NCBI RefSeq assembly: GCF_020745735.1
Contig: NC_083409.1
Coordinates: forward strand, 10,405,534-10,469,533
Direction of reading: 5' to 3'
From: Hemiscyllium ocellatum
Lineage: Eukaryota
Length of the DNA stretch: 64,000 bases
Every line of letters begins with the position of its first letter. Position 1 is the stretch's first letter. The notes below the pieces were generated by a model. The model had not been told where the DNA came from and searched no databases. It worked only from the letters and a program-made list of their open reading frames with translations. The position numbers and the translations under genes are program-made. This document shows, piece after piece, positions 1-13,199 of this stretch.

Positions 1-1720
1 GTGTCCACGGGTCCTAATCTCCTCTCCTAACGGAAACAATTTCCTTGCCTCCACCCTTTCCAAGCCATGTATTATCTTGTATGTCTCTATTAAATCTCCC
101 CTGAATACAATCCCAGGATCCTCAGCCGTTCCTCATATATGAGATCTACCATTCAAGGGATCATCCGTGTGAATCTCCGCTGGACACGTTCCAGTGCCAG
201 TATGTTCTTCCTGAAGTGTGGGGACCAAAACTGGACACAGTCCTCCAAATGGGGCTAACCAGAGCTTTATAAAGTCTCAGTAGCACAACGGTGTTTTTAT
301 ATTCCAACCCTCTTGAGGTAAGTGACAACATTGCATTCACTTTCTTAATCACGGACTCAACCAGCATATTTACCTTTAGAGAATCCTCGACTAGCAATCC
401 CAGAACCCTTTGTACTTTGGCTTTACGAATTTTCTCACCGTTTAGAAAGTAGTCTATGCTTTTTTTTTGCCAACGTGCAAGACCTCGCATTTGCTCATGT
501 TGAATTCCATTAGCCATTTCCTGGACCACTCTCCCAAACTGTCCAGATCCTTCTGTAGCCTCCCCACTTCCTCAATACTACCTGCCTCTCACCTAACTTC
601 GTATCATCTGCAAACTTCGTTATAATGCCTCCAGTCCCTTCATCCAGATCATTAATATATATAATGCGAACAGCTGTGGCCCCAACACTGAACCCTATGG
701 GACATCACTCGTCCATTCCGAAAAAGAACCTTTCATTCCAACTCTCTGCCTTCTGTCAGACAGACAATCCTCAATCCATCCCAGTAGCTCACCTCGAACA
801 CAATGGGCCCTCACCTTGCTCAGCAGCCTCTCGTGTGGCACCTTATCAAAGGCCTTTTGGAAGTCTAGATAGACCACATCCACTGGGTTTCCCTGGTCTA
901 ACCTACTTGTCTCCTCTTCAAAGAATTCCAACAGGTTTGTCAGGCATGACCTCCGCTTACTGAATCCTCGTTGACTTGTTCTAATCAGACTCTGCTCTTC
1001 TAAGAATTTATAAACCTCATCCTTAATGATGGATTCTAGAATTTTACCAACCACCGAGGTTAGGCTAATTGGCCTATAATTTTCCATCTTTTGTCTTGAT
1101 CCTTTCTTGAACAAGTGGGTTACTACAGCAATCTTCCAATCATCCGAGACTTTCCCTGACTCCAGTGACTCTTAAAAGATCTCAAACAATGCCTCTGCTA
1201 TTTCCTCAGCCACCTCTCTCAGAGCTCTAGGAAGTATCCCATCGGGGGCAGGAGATTTATCAATTTTAAGACTTTTTAGCTTTTCTAGCACTATCACTTT
1301 TGTAATGGCAACCATACTCAACTCAGACCCCTGACTTCCTTTATTCAGGAATTTTAATATGGTTCCTAACTCCCTAAATTCTGCTTGTAGGACCTCATTC
1401 CATTTATTACCAATATCATTCCTACATGAACCATCACAGCTAGCTGTTCACCTCTGCCTTCAGAATATCCTGCAGCCGATCTGAGACATCCCTGAGCCGT
1501 ATAACTGGGAGGCAACATGCTATTCGTGAGTCTCGTTTTTGACCACAGAACCGCCGACCTACTCCCCTTACAAAGTCCAAACAAACCATATCCATGGGCC
1601 CCCCCTTATCAAATCCACTTGCTACATCCTCACACAATTCCAGTCGATTTCCCTTTCGACAATCCATGCTGACTCTGTCCAGTTCTGTCACTGTTTTCAA
1701 AGTGCTAAGCTATAAAATAT
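1..1720 (-). mobile_element. CR1-type LINE fragments (RT portion plus an ORF1 piece)
   Basis: ORF 695-1114 reads NYRPISLTSVVGKILE..VDVVYLDFQKAFDKVPH; ORF 161-529 reads RLYKALV; both are CR1 RT motifs. Boundaries approximate. Confidence 0.85.
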
Positions 1721-2429
1721 TTTATAATGAACTTGGGCATTTTCTCCACTGCTGATTTCTGGCTAATTGGTCTAAAATTTCTTATTTTCTCTCTCTCTCT
1801 CTCTCTCTTTCAATAATTTTGTTAAATTAACTCCCTCCACTCTGTAGGATCTATTCCACAGTTGCCAAACAGATAACCATCAATGTTTCTAATATTTTAC
1901 AACCACTTCCTGAAGCACTCCTGAAAATAGATTATTTGGCCCTGCTGATTTAACATACTTTAGTTTTCCCAGAACCATTTTACTCCAACAACTGACTTCC
2001 TTCAGCTCCTTCCTCTGATAAAACTCCAAGTTCACCAAAATGTCTGAGATTTATTTGAGAATTCATTTGAGCAGAAAGATCCAGAATATGTTTATCTGTC
2101 ATCTCTTTGTTCCAACTATAACATTATAACACTTGTGTGGAACTACCTTGAATGTCATCTGGACGTCCATATAAACAACACATTCCCTTATGTCACACAT
2201 TAGTGACCTTGTTAAAACATGTAACCAGGTTAATTAAAGATATCTGACCCTTTTTAAATCCATGCTGACTTACTCTGATCTGCTCATATTTGTCAGACAT
2301 TCTGTCTCTAAAACCAGATTCAACTACTTCCCAACAATAGACATTCAATAGAGATGTTCATTGTGAGTGAGGTGAGTAAACAGTGAGCACTGACATGATG
2401 GGCTGAACAGCCTCCTCCTAGAGTCACAG

Positions 2430-5400
2430 AGTCAAAGAGATGTACAGCATGGAAACAGACCCTTCGGTCCAACTTGTCCATGCTGACCAGACATCCCAAC
2501 CAAATCTAGTCCCACCTGCCAACTCCTGGCCCAGATTCCTCCAAACCCTTTCTATTCATATACCCATCCAGATGCCTTTTAAATGTTGCAATTGTACCAG
2601 CCTCCACCATTTCCTCTGGCAGCCCATTCCACACTCGCACCACCCTGTGTGTGAAAAAGTTGCTCTTCAAGTCCCTTTTATATTTTTCCCCTCTTACCCT
2701 AAACCCATGCCCTCTATTAGTGGACTCCACCAGCCCAGGGAAAAGACTTGGTCTCTTTGCCCTATCCATGCCCCTCATAATTTTATAAACCTCTGTAAGG
2801 TCACTCCTCAGCCTCTGACACTCCAGGGAAAACATCCCCAGCCTATTTACCCTCTCCTTATAGCTTAAATCCTTCAACCCTGGTAACATCCTTGTCAATC
2901 TTTTCTGAACCTTTTCAAGTTTCACAATATCTTTCTGATAGGAAGGAGACCAGAATTGAATGCAATACTCCAAAAGTGTCCTCGGTGACCTCCCAATTCC
3001 GGTACCCAATACTCTGACCATTAAAGGAAAGCATACCGAATGTCTTCTTCATTATCCTATCTACCTACAACTCTACTTTCAAGGAGCTATGAACCTGCAC
3101 TCTAAAGTCTCTTTGTTCAGCAACACTCCCGAAAACCTTACCATTAAGTGTATAAGTCCTGCTAAGATTTGCTTTCCCAAATGCAGCACCTTGCACTTAT
3201 CTAAATTAAACTCCATCTGCCATTCCTCAGCCCAATGGCCCATCGGATCAAGATCCTGTTGTAATCTGAGGCAACCTTCTTCGCTGTCCATTACACCTCC
3301 AATTTTGGTGTCATTTGCAAACTTACTAACTCTACTGCCTATGTTCATATCCAAATCATTTATGTAAATGACAAAAAGTAGTTGGCCCAGGACCAATCCT
3401 TATGACACTCCACTGGTTACAGGCCTCCAGTCTAAAAAACATCCCTCCACCACCACCCTCTGGCTTCTACCTTTGAGCCAGTTCTGTATCCAAATGGCTA
3501 GTTCTCCTGTATTCCATGAGATCTAACCTTGCTAACCTGCCTCCCATGGGGAACCTTGCCGAATGCCTTACTGAAGTCCATTCAGATCCTGTCTAACGTT
3601 CTGCCTTCATCAATTCTTTCTGTTCCTTCAAAAAACTCAATCAAGCTTGTGACACATGATTTCCCATGCACAAAACCATGCTGACTATCCCTAATCAGTC
3701 TTTGCCTTTCCAAATATATGGACATTCTATCCCTCAGGATTCCTTCCAACAACTTCCTCACAACCAATGTCTGGCTCACTGGTCTACAGTTCCCTGGCTT
3801 GTCCTCACCAACTTTCTGAAATAGTGTCACCAATTAGTGAACCTCCAGTCTTCTGGCACATCATCTGTGACTATTGAGGATACAAGTATCACAGTGAGAG
3901 GCCCAGCAATCACTTCCCTAGCTTCCCACAGAGTTCTAGGGTACACCTAATTAGGTCCTGGGATTTATCCACTTTTATGCATTTCAAGACATCGAGCACC
4001 TCCTCGTCTGTAATATGAACGTTTTTCAAGATATCACCATCTATTTCCCTACATTCTATATCTTCAATATCCTTCTCCACAATTAAACTGAAGCAAAATA
4101 CTCATTTGGTATCTGCCCCATCTCCTGCGGCTCCACACAAAGGTCGCCTTGCTGATCTTTGAGGGATCCTATTCTCTCCTTAGTTACCCTCTTGTCCTTA
4201 ATGTATTCATAAAACCCCTCTGTATTCTCCTTAGCCCTATTTGCCAAAGCTATCTCATGTTGTTGCCCTCCTGATTTCCCTCTTAAGTATACTCCTACTG
4301 CCTTTGTATCCATCTAAGGATTCACTAAATCTATCCTGTCTATACCTGACATATGCTTCATTCTTTTTCTCAACCAAACCCTCAACTTCTCTCATCATCC
4401 AATAGTCCCGACACCTACCAGCCTTTCCTTTCACTGTAACTAGAATATACTATCTCTGGACTCAAATTATCTCATTTCTGAAGGCTTCCCATTTTCCAGA
4501 TGTCCCTTTACCTGCGAGCAACTGCCCCCAATCAGCTTTTCAGAGTTCTTGCCTCATATTGGCAAAATTAGCCTTCCTCCAATTTAGAACTTCAACTTCT
4601 GGATCTGGTCTATACAGAAACCCACACAGACACAGGGAGAATGTGCAAACCCCACACAGACAGTTGCCTGAGGTGGGAATTGAACCCGAGTCTCTGGCAC
4701 TGTGAGGCAGCAGTGCTAAACACTGTGCCACAGTGCCTGATACTGGCAAAATTAGCCTTCCTCAATTTAGAACTTCAACTTCTGGATCTGGTCTATCCTT
4801 TTCCTTCACTATTTTAAAATGAATAGAATTATGGTCGCTGACCAAAAGTGCTCCTCCACTGACACCTCAGTCACCTGCCCTGCCTTATTTCCAAGAGTAG
4901 GTCGAGCTTTGCACCTTCTCTAGTAGGTACAACCACATACTGAAACAGAAAATTGTCCTGTACACACTTAACAAATTCCTCTCCATCTAAACCCTAAACA
5001 CTATGGCAGTCCCAGTCCATGTTCGGAAAGTTAAAATCCCCTAATATAACCACCTCATTATTCTTACTGATAGCTGAAATCTCCTTACAAATTTGATTCT
5101 CAATTTCCCGCTGACTACTGGAGGGGGGCTATAATACAATCCCAACAAGGTGATCATCCCCTTCTTTTTTCTCAGTTCCATACAAATAACTTCCCTGGAT
5201 GTATTTCTGGGAATATCCTCCCGAAGCACAGCTGTAATGCTATCCCTCATCAAAAATGCCACTCTCCCTCCTCTTGTGCCTCCCTTTCTGTCCTTCCTGT
5301 AGCATTGTGTCCTAGAACATTAAACAGCCAGTCCTGTCCATCCCTGAGCCATGTTTCTGTAATTGCTATGATATCCCAGTCCCATGTTCCTAACCACGGC

Positions 5401-6290
5401 CTATGTTCATCTTCCTTCCCTGTTAGGCCTCTTGCACTGAAATAAATGCAGTTTAATTTATCAGTCCTACCTCGTTCTCTGCTTTGTCCCCGCCTGCCCT
5501 GACTGTTTGACTTGCCTTTGTTCTCAACTTTACCAATCTCAGGTTGAAATCTTTCCTCACTATCTCCCTGGGTCCCACCCGCCCACCTTACTAGTTTAAA
5601 TCCTCCCGAGCAGCTCTAGCAAATCTCCCTGCCGTTATATTAGTCCCCTTCCAATTTAGTGCAATCCGTCCTTCTTGTACAGGTCACTTCTACCTCAAAA
5701 CAGCTTCCAAAGATCCAAAAATGTGAATCCTTCTCCCATACACCAGCTCCTTAGCCATGCATTCATCTGCTCTATTCTCCTATTCCTGCCCTCACTAGTT
5801 CATAGCACCAGGAGTAATTCAGATATTACTACTCATGAGGACCTCCTTTTTAAATTCCTGCCTAACGCTCTGCAATCTCCCTTCAGAATCTCAACATTTT
5901 CCCTTCTATGTCGTTGGTTCCAAAGTGTACAATGAGCTCCTGCTGGTCCCTCTCCACCTTAAGAACATTCTGCACCCTCCCTGAGACATACTTGATCCTG
6001 GCACCAGGGAAGCAACACACCATTTTGGTTTTCCACTACTGGCCACAGAAACGTCTGTCTGAACCTCGGGCTAGAGAGTCCCTGAACACAGTCGATCATT
6101 TGGAACCCGACATACCTCCCGTTACATTAGAGCCAGTGCCAATACCAGAAACTTGGCTGCTGATGCTAATGCTAAGTACCCCTGAGTTTCCATCATCCCC
6201 TACATTTTCCAAAACAGCATACTTGTTTGAAATGGGAATAGCCACAGAAGACTCCTGCACTACTTGCCTACCTCTCTTGCCTTTCCTGGA
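2430..6290 (-). mobile_element. Near-full-length decayed CR1 LINE (ORF1 esterase-like, APE endonuclease, RT, 3' tail)
   Basis: Collinear minus-strand ORF pieces: 2506-3021 (LEYCIQFWSP..FFTHRVVRVWN), 3079-3396 (YINDLD..SKFANDTK), 3582-3833, 5041-5262 (endonuclease) and ORF1 near 5900-6290. Confidence 0.85.
4614..4733 (-). mobile_element. HE1-type (V-SINE) tRNA-derived SINE head, 3'-truncated
   Basis: Minus strand reads GTGGCACAGTGTTTAGCACTGCTGCCTCACAG..GGTTCAATTCCC..TGTGTGGGGTTTGCACATTCTCCC, with A/B boxes; the same sequence occurs at 13946, 36850 and 38950. Confidence 0.8.
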
Positions 6291-6514
6291 GTAATGGTCA
6301 GAGCCCATGGGATCCAAGGCATTTTGGCAAATTGGATCCAAATATGAGGCAAAGATTGATGGTGGAGGGTTGTCTTTGTGATTGGAAGCCTGTGACCAGT
6401 GGTGTAAGACAGGGACTGGGGCTGGGATCCTTGCTGTTTGTAATGTACATTAACAAATTGACTGTGATTGTATAATTAGAAAGTTTTCAGAGGCCACATA
6501 AATTGGTGGTGTTA

Positions 6515-7280
6515 TTGATATTGATTTGATTTTTATTTTAGTTTATTGTCACATGTACTCGAGTGCAAAAGTATTGGAGTACAGTGAAAAGTATGTAACG
6601 TCACCTCACAAGGTGCCATCTTAGGTACAAGGACCTCAGTACAGAATCGTTAAGAACAAGGTAGAAAGAAAGAATAAAGTTCAAAGTTACATGTTGCAGA
6701 TCTTTTTAGTTTTAAGTAGAAAATGAAGAAATAAAGCTGAAAGTTCAAGTATTAGAGCCTTTCTTAAGAACTCAGCAACCATGGGATCATACTTTAAGTA
6801 ATCACCTCGAGACCAGAAGTCCACGCTGAGGCCTTCCCGGGTGGAGAGACAACCATATACAGAAAGGACCACTATGTGGGATGAGAGACACCCACTCTGG
6901 GCCACTCAGAGATCGCTACACTAGTCCGAGTGACCATCACGCTGGGCTGACAGTCTAGCATGCTGGGCCGAGAGGCCTCCACATCAAACTGAGAGGCCAT
7001 CATGTTGGACCAAGAGTCTGCCTCATCGGGCTGGAAGGTCTCCCTGCCAAGCCAAGACACTGCCACACCAAGCCAAGAAGCCACATCATGAGGTCTGAAC
7101 TAGGTCAGAGGCCTGGCGACTGAGGTTGGGAGTCCGTGCCCGCGAGAAGAAATAAGGGAGAAGGACAAAAGAAAAACACAAAAGAAAAGGATAAGAGAAG
7201 TGGAATAGAAAGAAGAAAAGGATACAGACAGAGCAGATGAACTCGGTCTGAAGTGTCCTACTCTGCTGCCATCTTGGATT
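6515..7280 (-). mobile_element. Probable non-autonomous LINE-tailed element (family not identified)
   Basis: Minus strand starts CCAAGATGGCAG (YY1-like) and ends ATGTGACAATAAAC followed by a short A-rich repeat tail; no coding potential. Confidence 0.4.
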
Positions 7281-7284
7281 ACTG

Positions 7285-9550
7285 GGTCTCAGGCTACAGT
7301 CTGATATTGGTCAGTTGGTAAATTGGGCAGAGCAATGGCAGATGTAATTTAATCCTGATCTCTCTGAGGTGATCCAACTTGGGAGATCTAATAAGGGAAG
7401 GATATACACAATGAAAGGCATGTGCCTTGAGTGTCCTTATGCATGAATCACAGAGGGTTGGTCTACAGGTACAACAAGCAATTAGGATGGCAAATGGAAT
7501 TTTGTCCTTCATTGCTAAAGGGATTGAGTTTAAAAAGCGGGAAGGTTATGTTGCAGCTGTACAGGGTGTTGGTGAGACCACACCTTGGGGACTGCGTGCA
7601 GTAATGGTGTCCTCACTTGGAAAAGGCAATACTGGCACTAGAGGGGTGCAGGGAAAGTTCACTAGGCTGATACTGGGGTGGAGGGGGTTGGCTTATGAAG
7701 GGAGACTGCGTAGACTGGGATATATTCATTGGAACTTAGGAGAATGAGGGGAACATGATAGAAATAAATAAAATTATAAAGAGAATAGACAAGACAGAAG
7801 TAGGGAGGATGTTCCCACTGGCAAGTGAAACTAAAACAAGAGGGTTCAGCCTCAAAATTAGGGGGAGCAGATTTAGGACTGAATTGAGAAGGAACTTCTT
7901 CACCCAGAGGGTCATAAATCTATGAAATTCCTTGCTCAATGAAGAAAATGATGCTACTTCAGTAAATGTTTTAAAGCTAAGACAGACCATCTCTGGAATG
8001 GTAGGCCTAATATATGATGAACGGCTGAGGATCGTGGGATTGTATTCATTCGACTTTCGAAGGGGAGATTTAATAGAAACTTACAAGATAATGCATGGCT
8101 TAGAACTGGTGGATGCTGGGAAATTGTTTCCATTAGGTGGGGGTACTAGGACCCGTGGGCACAGCCTTAGAGTTAGAGGGGGTCAGTTTAAAACAGAACT
8201 GAGGAGACATTTCTTCAGCTAGAGAGTGATGGGCCTTTGGAATTCATTGCCACAGAACGCGGTGGCGGCTGAAATATTAAATGTCTTCAAGGCAGAGATT
8301 GATAAATTCTTAATCTTGCAATGAATTAAGGGCTACAGGGAGAGTGTGGGTAACTGTCGTTAAATGCCCATCACCCATGATTGAATGGCGGAGTGGACTC
8401 GATGGACCAAATGGCCTTACTTCCACTCCTTTGTCTTATGGTCTTATGTAGAGCTGAGTCCATGAAAAGATCAGCCATGATCTTATTGAATGGCAGAGCA
8501 GGGTTGAAGGGACAGATGGCCTACTCCTGCTCCTAGTTCTTATGTTCTTATGTTCCTTGGGAGTACTGAGGAACAAAGGGACCTTTGTGTACAAGTCCAT
8601 CAATCCCGGAAGGTATCAGCACAGCTAGACAGGGTGGTGAAGAAGGCATATGGGATGCTTGCCATCATTAGAAAAAATAATACAGGCATGGACAATTTTC
8701 TAAACGGTGAGAAAATTCATAAAGTCAAAGTACAAAGTGATCAAGGAATGCTAGTTCCCGGATTCTCTAAAGGTTAACTTGCAGGTTGAATCCATGTTTA
8801 AGAAAGCAAATGTAGTGTTGTCATTTATCTCAAGAGTTGAAAAAGAGCCATTCCTGAAGAAGGGTTTATGCCCGAAATGTCGAATTTCCTGTTCCTTGGA
8901 TGCTGCCTGACCTGCTGCGCTTTTCCAGCAACACATTTTCAACTGCTTGCCATCATTAGCCAGGGTGTAGAATATAGGAAGTAGAAATTCTTGTCGTTAC
9001 CTGACAGAGCACTGGTTAGGTCATGTCTGGAATATTGTGCACAGTTCTGGTCGTGACACTGTTGGAAGAACGTGATTGAACTGGAGAGGATGCAGAGGAG
9101 ATTAACCAGAATATTCCCTGGGATGGAAAGTATTCGTTATGAGGATAGACTGTGTTTCTCTCAGATAGACTGTACATGTTTTCTCTGGGGGAAATCTGAT
9201 TGAGGTATACAAAAATATGAAAGGCATAGACAAAGTCAATTGTGAGAATCTTTTCCCCATGTCAGACATGTCTATGACCAGAGCGAATAAGCTTACCATG
9301 TGAAAAAATGGTTTAGAGGGGTTTTGAGGACTTTTTTCCCCAGAGGGTGGTAGAAATATGGAGTGTGCAGCTTGAGAAGGTAGTGGAGGCAGCTCCTCTC
9401 ACAACATTTAAGAAACATCCAGACGAGCACATAAAATGCCAGGGCTTGGAAGGCAATGGACCAAGTGCAGGTCAATGGAGTTTGGTAATAACTGGTTGGC
9501 ATCGACATGTCGACAAACAGAAGGGCCTGTTTGTTTGCTGTATGACTCTA
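7285..9550 (+). mobile_element. Stack of 5'-truncated CR1 3' fragments
   Basis: Repeated RT C-terminal motifs (GDLIETYKIM, RTRGHSLRV, FFSQRV) and 3'-UTR tails (CTTATGT repeats). Confidence 0.8.
8845..8945 (+). mobile_element. Penelope-derived short element with a decayed minimal hammerhead ribozyme
   Basis: ATTC-CTGAAGA-AGGGTTTATGCCC-GAAA-TGTC-GAAT at about 8850-8885; C-to-T change in stem III. Confidence 0.65.
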
Positions 9551-9559
9551 TGACAATGA

Positions 9560-12500
9560 AGAGAAGGATGTGGAAGCATTTTTCATGTTGTTAGTGAAGA
9601 TAGCAACACAAGCGAGATGGGAAAAACAAATTGGACCTTGTCCATGCAAAAATGAACTTGGGAAGCACAAGAGGTTTCTACATCCCTGTCAGAGGAATGT
9701 TCTCGGGATCATGAGGAGTTGAAAACGGCTATTCTAAGCACATATGAGTTGGCCCCAGAAACATACAGACAGATGTTTCAGAACTTACACAAACAGCCTG
9801 GACAAACCTGTACTGAGTTTAAGAGAGTTGAACAAAATAACGCTGACAGGTGGATAAGAACATTAACAGCTGAGAATACTCACAATGCTCTCAGAGAAGT
9901 TATCCTTTGAGAAGAATTTAAAACTTCCTTCACTTCTAGAATCAGAATTCATGTAGAAGACCAAAGGGGAACGACAGTAAGACGAGAAGCAAGAATGGCT
10001 AATAATTATAGATCTTGTTAAAACCAAAACCCTGCAGATGCTGGAATCCAACGTAGACAAACAGGAGGCGGGAAGAGCACAACAAGCCAAGCAGCATCAG
10101 GAGGTGGAGAAGTCACCTGATGGGAGACTGATCCAGAAACCTTTTTCCCATCAGGCCCAGAAATGGGAGAAAAATAAAAATTGGGAGAGTCTAAGGAAGG
10201 TAGATAGCCAAGGGAGAGAATGGGCAGGAGGGAACAGCCCGAGAACTCCTCCTCAGATTAAGAAGGAAATTGCTGAGAGTGGAAGTGATGATCAGAAGCT
10301 GAAATGTTTCTCTTGGAATAAGGTGGGCTATGCATGTTTGGAATGTTGGAAGTTGAGGCAAACCCATGGGATTTATGTGAGTTAGTAAAATGAGTCAGAG
10401 AAGGGAACACAGACAGATAATCCCACGGAGCAGGTTGTAGCTGTAACAATAACAAAAAGGCCGGAGGTGAATTCTGTCATTAGTAAAGGAAGTTGTCAGG
10501 TAGATGAGAGGTGGACAGGACTTTTATTAAAAGGAATGGTGACTCCTTTTTCTTCAGCTAAACCCAGAACCAAACTGAGAGATACAGGAGCAACACAGTC
10601 ACTTTTACTGGAGAAATAATTGATTTTCCCTCCAGAGAGCTCGATGGGAGCTAAGGTATTAATCAGTGGGATTAGTGGAGAATATGTTCCACTTCCATTG
10701 TATACAGTACAACTGGAATGTGATTTGTTATCAGGAGAAGTAATTGTCGGAATGGGAAAACATTCCCTGTTGAGGGAGTCGATTTCCTTCTGGGGAATGG
10801 TTTGTCAGGACTAAAGGCAGTAGCTTCCCCGATAATTACAGAATGTCCAAAGGAGGGCCAAGAAACAGAACAATGACAGGAACAGGTTCCTGGTCTCTCT
10901 CCTTTGTGTGAGGTAACCAGGGCAATGGTTAAACAAAATCCATCAATAAGGGTTGATGTGACACCACAGCAAGTGAAAGGATCGCTGAAACTTTCCGAAA
11001 GGGTGAAGATAATCCAGGTGGAGTGGTTGGTATGATGTCACTAATTACAGCAGATCCAAAAAGCAGATCCTGAATGAAATAAATGAGCACAGTCAGCTCA
11101 TACTGAGGTCGAGGCTGGAGGGGTTTCAGAGTGTTAATTATGTTCAGAATGGAGCGCTGATGAGGAAGTGGAGACACCCTCATAGACCCCCAGAAGAATG
11201 GTCGGTTAGACATTGGCTAGTGGTCCCACCCAGCTATCATAGGGAGATAGTACAAGGGGCACATGAGACTCCCATGGCAGGTCACATGGGGATTTAGAAA
11301 ACACAGGCATCCAGAAACAGGTATTTTACTGAGCCACTATTGGATAAAGATGTGGTGCAGTTTTATAAAACATGTCTTCCTTGTCAAGTTATAGGTAAAC
11401 CTCAATGCAAAACCAGCATCCTTAATTCTTCTCCCAGTTTTTGAGGAACCATCCTGTCATGTACAGGTTTGTCAAGTAGTGAGTATAATAGAGGAGGGGA
11501 TCAGAAAAAGCTTGAAATCAAAAAAGACCTGGACACTTCCCAAAGGAATCTTCCTGTTATTAGATGAACAAATGCAGAGATATTTGAGACTTCAGACACT
11601 GTATTTTTGTATCTGGAGAAAGATCAACAGGTAGATTTAGTGAGGCTGCTCAGACAATACAAAGATGTTTGTATGAGGAGTCGTTGAGGACTTTGGTTCT
11701 GTGCTTGATGGACTTTAGAAAGATGAGAGGGAATGTAATTGAAACTTACAGAATACAGGGTGGCCTGGATAGAGTGGACATGGAGGAGATGTTTCTAATG
11801 ATCGGAGATTTGGAGATCCGAGGGCACAGCCTCAGAGTGAAGAGACGATCTTTCGAACTGAGTTGAGAAGGAATTTCTTCAGCCAGAGTGTCATTAATCT
11901 GTGGAACTGCAGAGGGCCTAGGAGGCCAATTCATTGAGTGTATTTAAGAAAGAGATGGTTTGGCTCTTGATTAGTCAAGGGATCAAGATTTACAGGGAAA
12001 AGGGAAGAGATTGGGGCTGAGAAACATTATCAACTGTAAATGACCAGACATGATTGGCCAAATGGCCCAATTCTGCTCCTTTATCTTGTGGACTTGTATA
12101 GATACACTTAGATCTATCACATGAAACAAATATAACATGAATTTGGTAATCAGATAAAATAAAGCAAAAACCAACCGAAACCGCCAATGGAACAGAGGGC
12201 TTCCATGTTGGAGAATCAGCTGATTGAACCATATCAGAGTAATTGGAGTTCTCCTGTAGTATTGGCTCCTGAACCAAACTGTTCAATTTAATTCTGTGTA
12301 GACTCGAGGAATGTGAGTCTCGTCACAAAACCAGATTCATTCCCTATTCCCAGCTGAGAAGGTTGTATAGAGAGGGTTTGTAGTATATCATTCTTGTATA
12401 AAATTGATTTGTTAAAAGGATGTTGACAAGAACTCACTGATAACTCGAACTAAGCGAGTTTCTGTATTTATCACACCTAATGGATTATACCCAATGGCAA

Positions 12501-12570
12501 GTTTTGCTGTGTGGACTTAACAACTCTCCAGTCACATTTGAATGATTATTGTGAATGTGAACAAGGTCAC
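9560..12570 (+). mobile_element. Decayed Gypsy LTR retrotransposon, Gmr1-like (SCAN-like Gag, protease, integrase, then RT)
   Basis: Gag AILSTYELAPETYRQMF (9719-9910); degenerate zinc knuckle near 10300; protease LRDTGATQSLL (10576-10611); integrase HHCC AHETPMAGHMG..CLPCQVIGKP (11255-11405); RT SNWSSPVVL..DSFPIP..IDLLKG (12205-12430). No LTRs recognised. Confidence 0.8.
11680..12115 (+). mobile_element. CR1 3' fragment inserted in the Gypsy relic
   Basis: ORF 11669-11866 (GNVIETYRI..RGHSLRV) followed by a CR1 3' UTR. Confidence 0.75.
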
Positions 12571-12655
12571 ACTCCCCCACATTACACTCCATCTGCCCAA
12601 TATTTCTTCAAAGCCCAGCTGTATCTAATATTCAGCAGGATGGACCTTCACTGAG

Positions 12656-12904
12656 AAATAACCATTTGTAACTAGAATAATGATATCTCTGAGAATCACA
12701 TTAATAATTATTTTTATTGAAGCTTTCATTAGTTCTGTGTTGATTGACACAATGCTCTGGTTTGGGCTTGGCTGTCTGTACAAACCATCTGTAATGTCTT
12801 TGCTGCAATGGTTCACAGTTACATCATCAAACTCACACTCCAAATATCCCGTCATTATTCTCCATGGGATTCACTGGAATTGGCTCAGATAGAACTCCCA
12901 GCAG
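12656..12904 (-). pseudogene. Possible highly decayed Ig/TCR V-set exon
   Basis: Acceptor after a (TC)n tract; motifs across shifting frames: LSQ, LEC, YRWFVQTAKPKPE, ASIKIIINV..D, then HY(S)SYKW; heptamer-like CTCAGTG at 12655-12649 with no nonamer. Confidence 0.3.
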
Positions 12905-12956
12905 CTGAAATGGAGGTAGGGATACGGCTTAGAGAGCAAGAGATGGAGCACAGGGG

Positions 12957-13017
<61 letters not shown>
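12957..13017. repeat. (GA)n microsatellite
   Basis: Direct reading of the sequence. Confidence 0.95.
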
Positions 13018-13199
13018 CACTAAATGAGAGGGGGATAGAGCTTGGACAGAGAAAGAGGGATGGAACTCAGTGAGATCTAGGCAGCTGAGTGAGAGAGGGG
13101 TGGGGAGAGAGAGTGAGAAAGTGAGATGGAGTCAAGGAGTTCTATGTAAAAGATAAATTATATTCAGTTAAATATTGCACTAGATGAATTCTGACTCTC

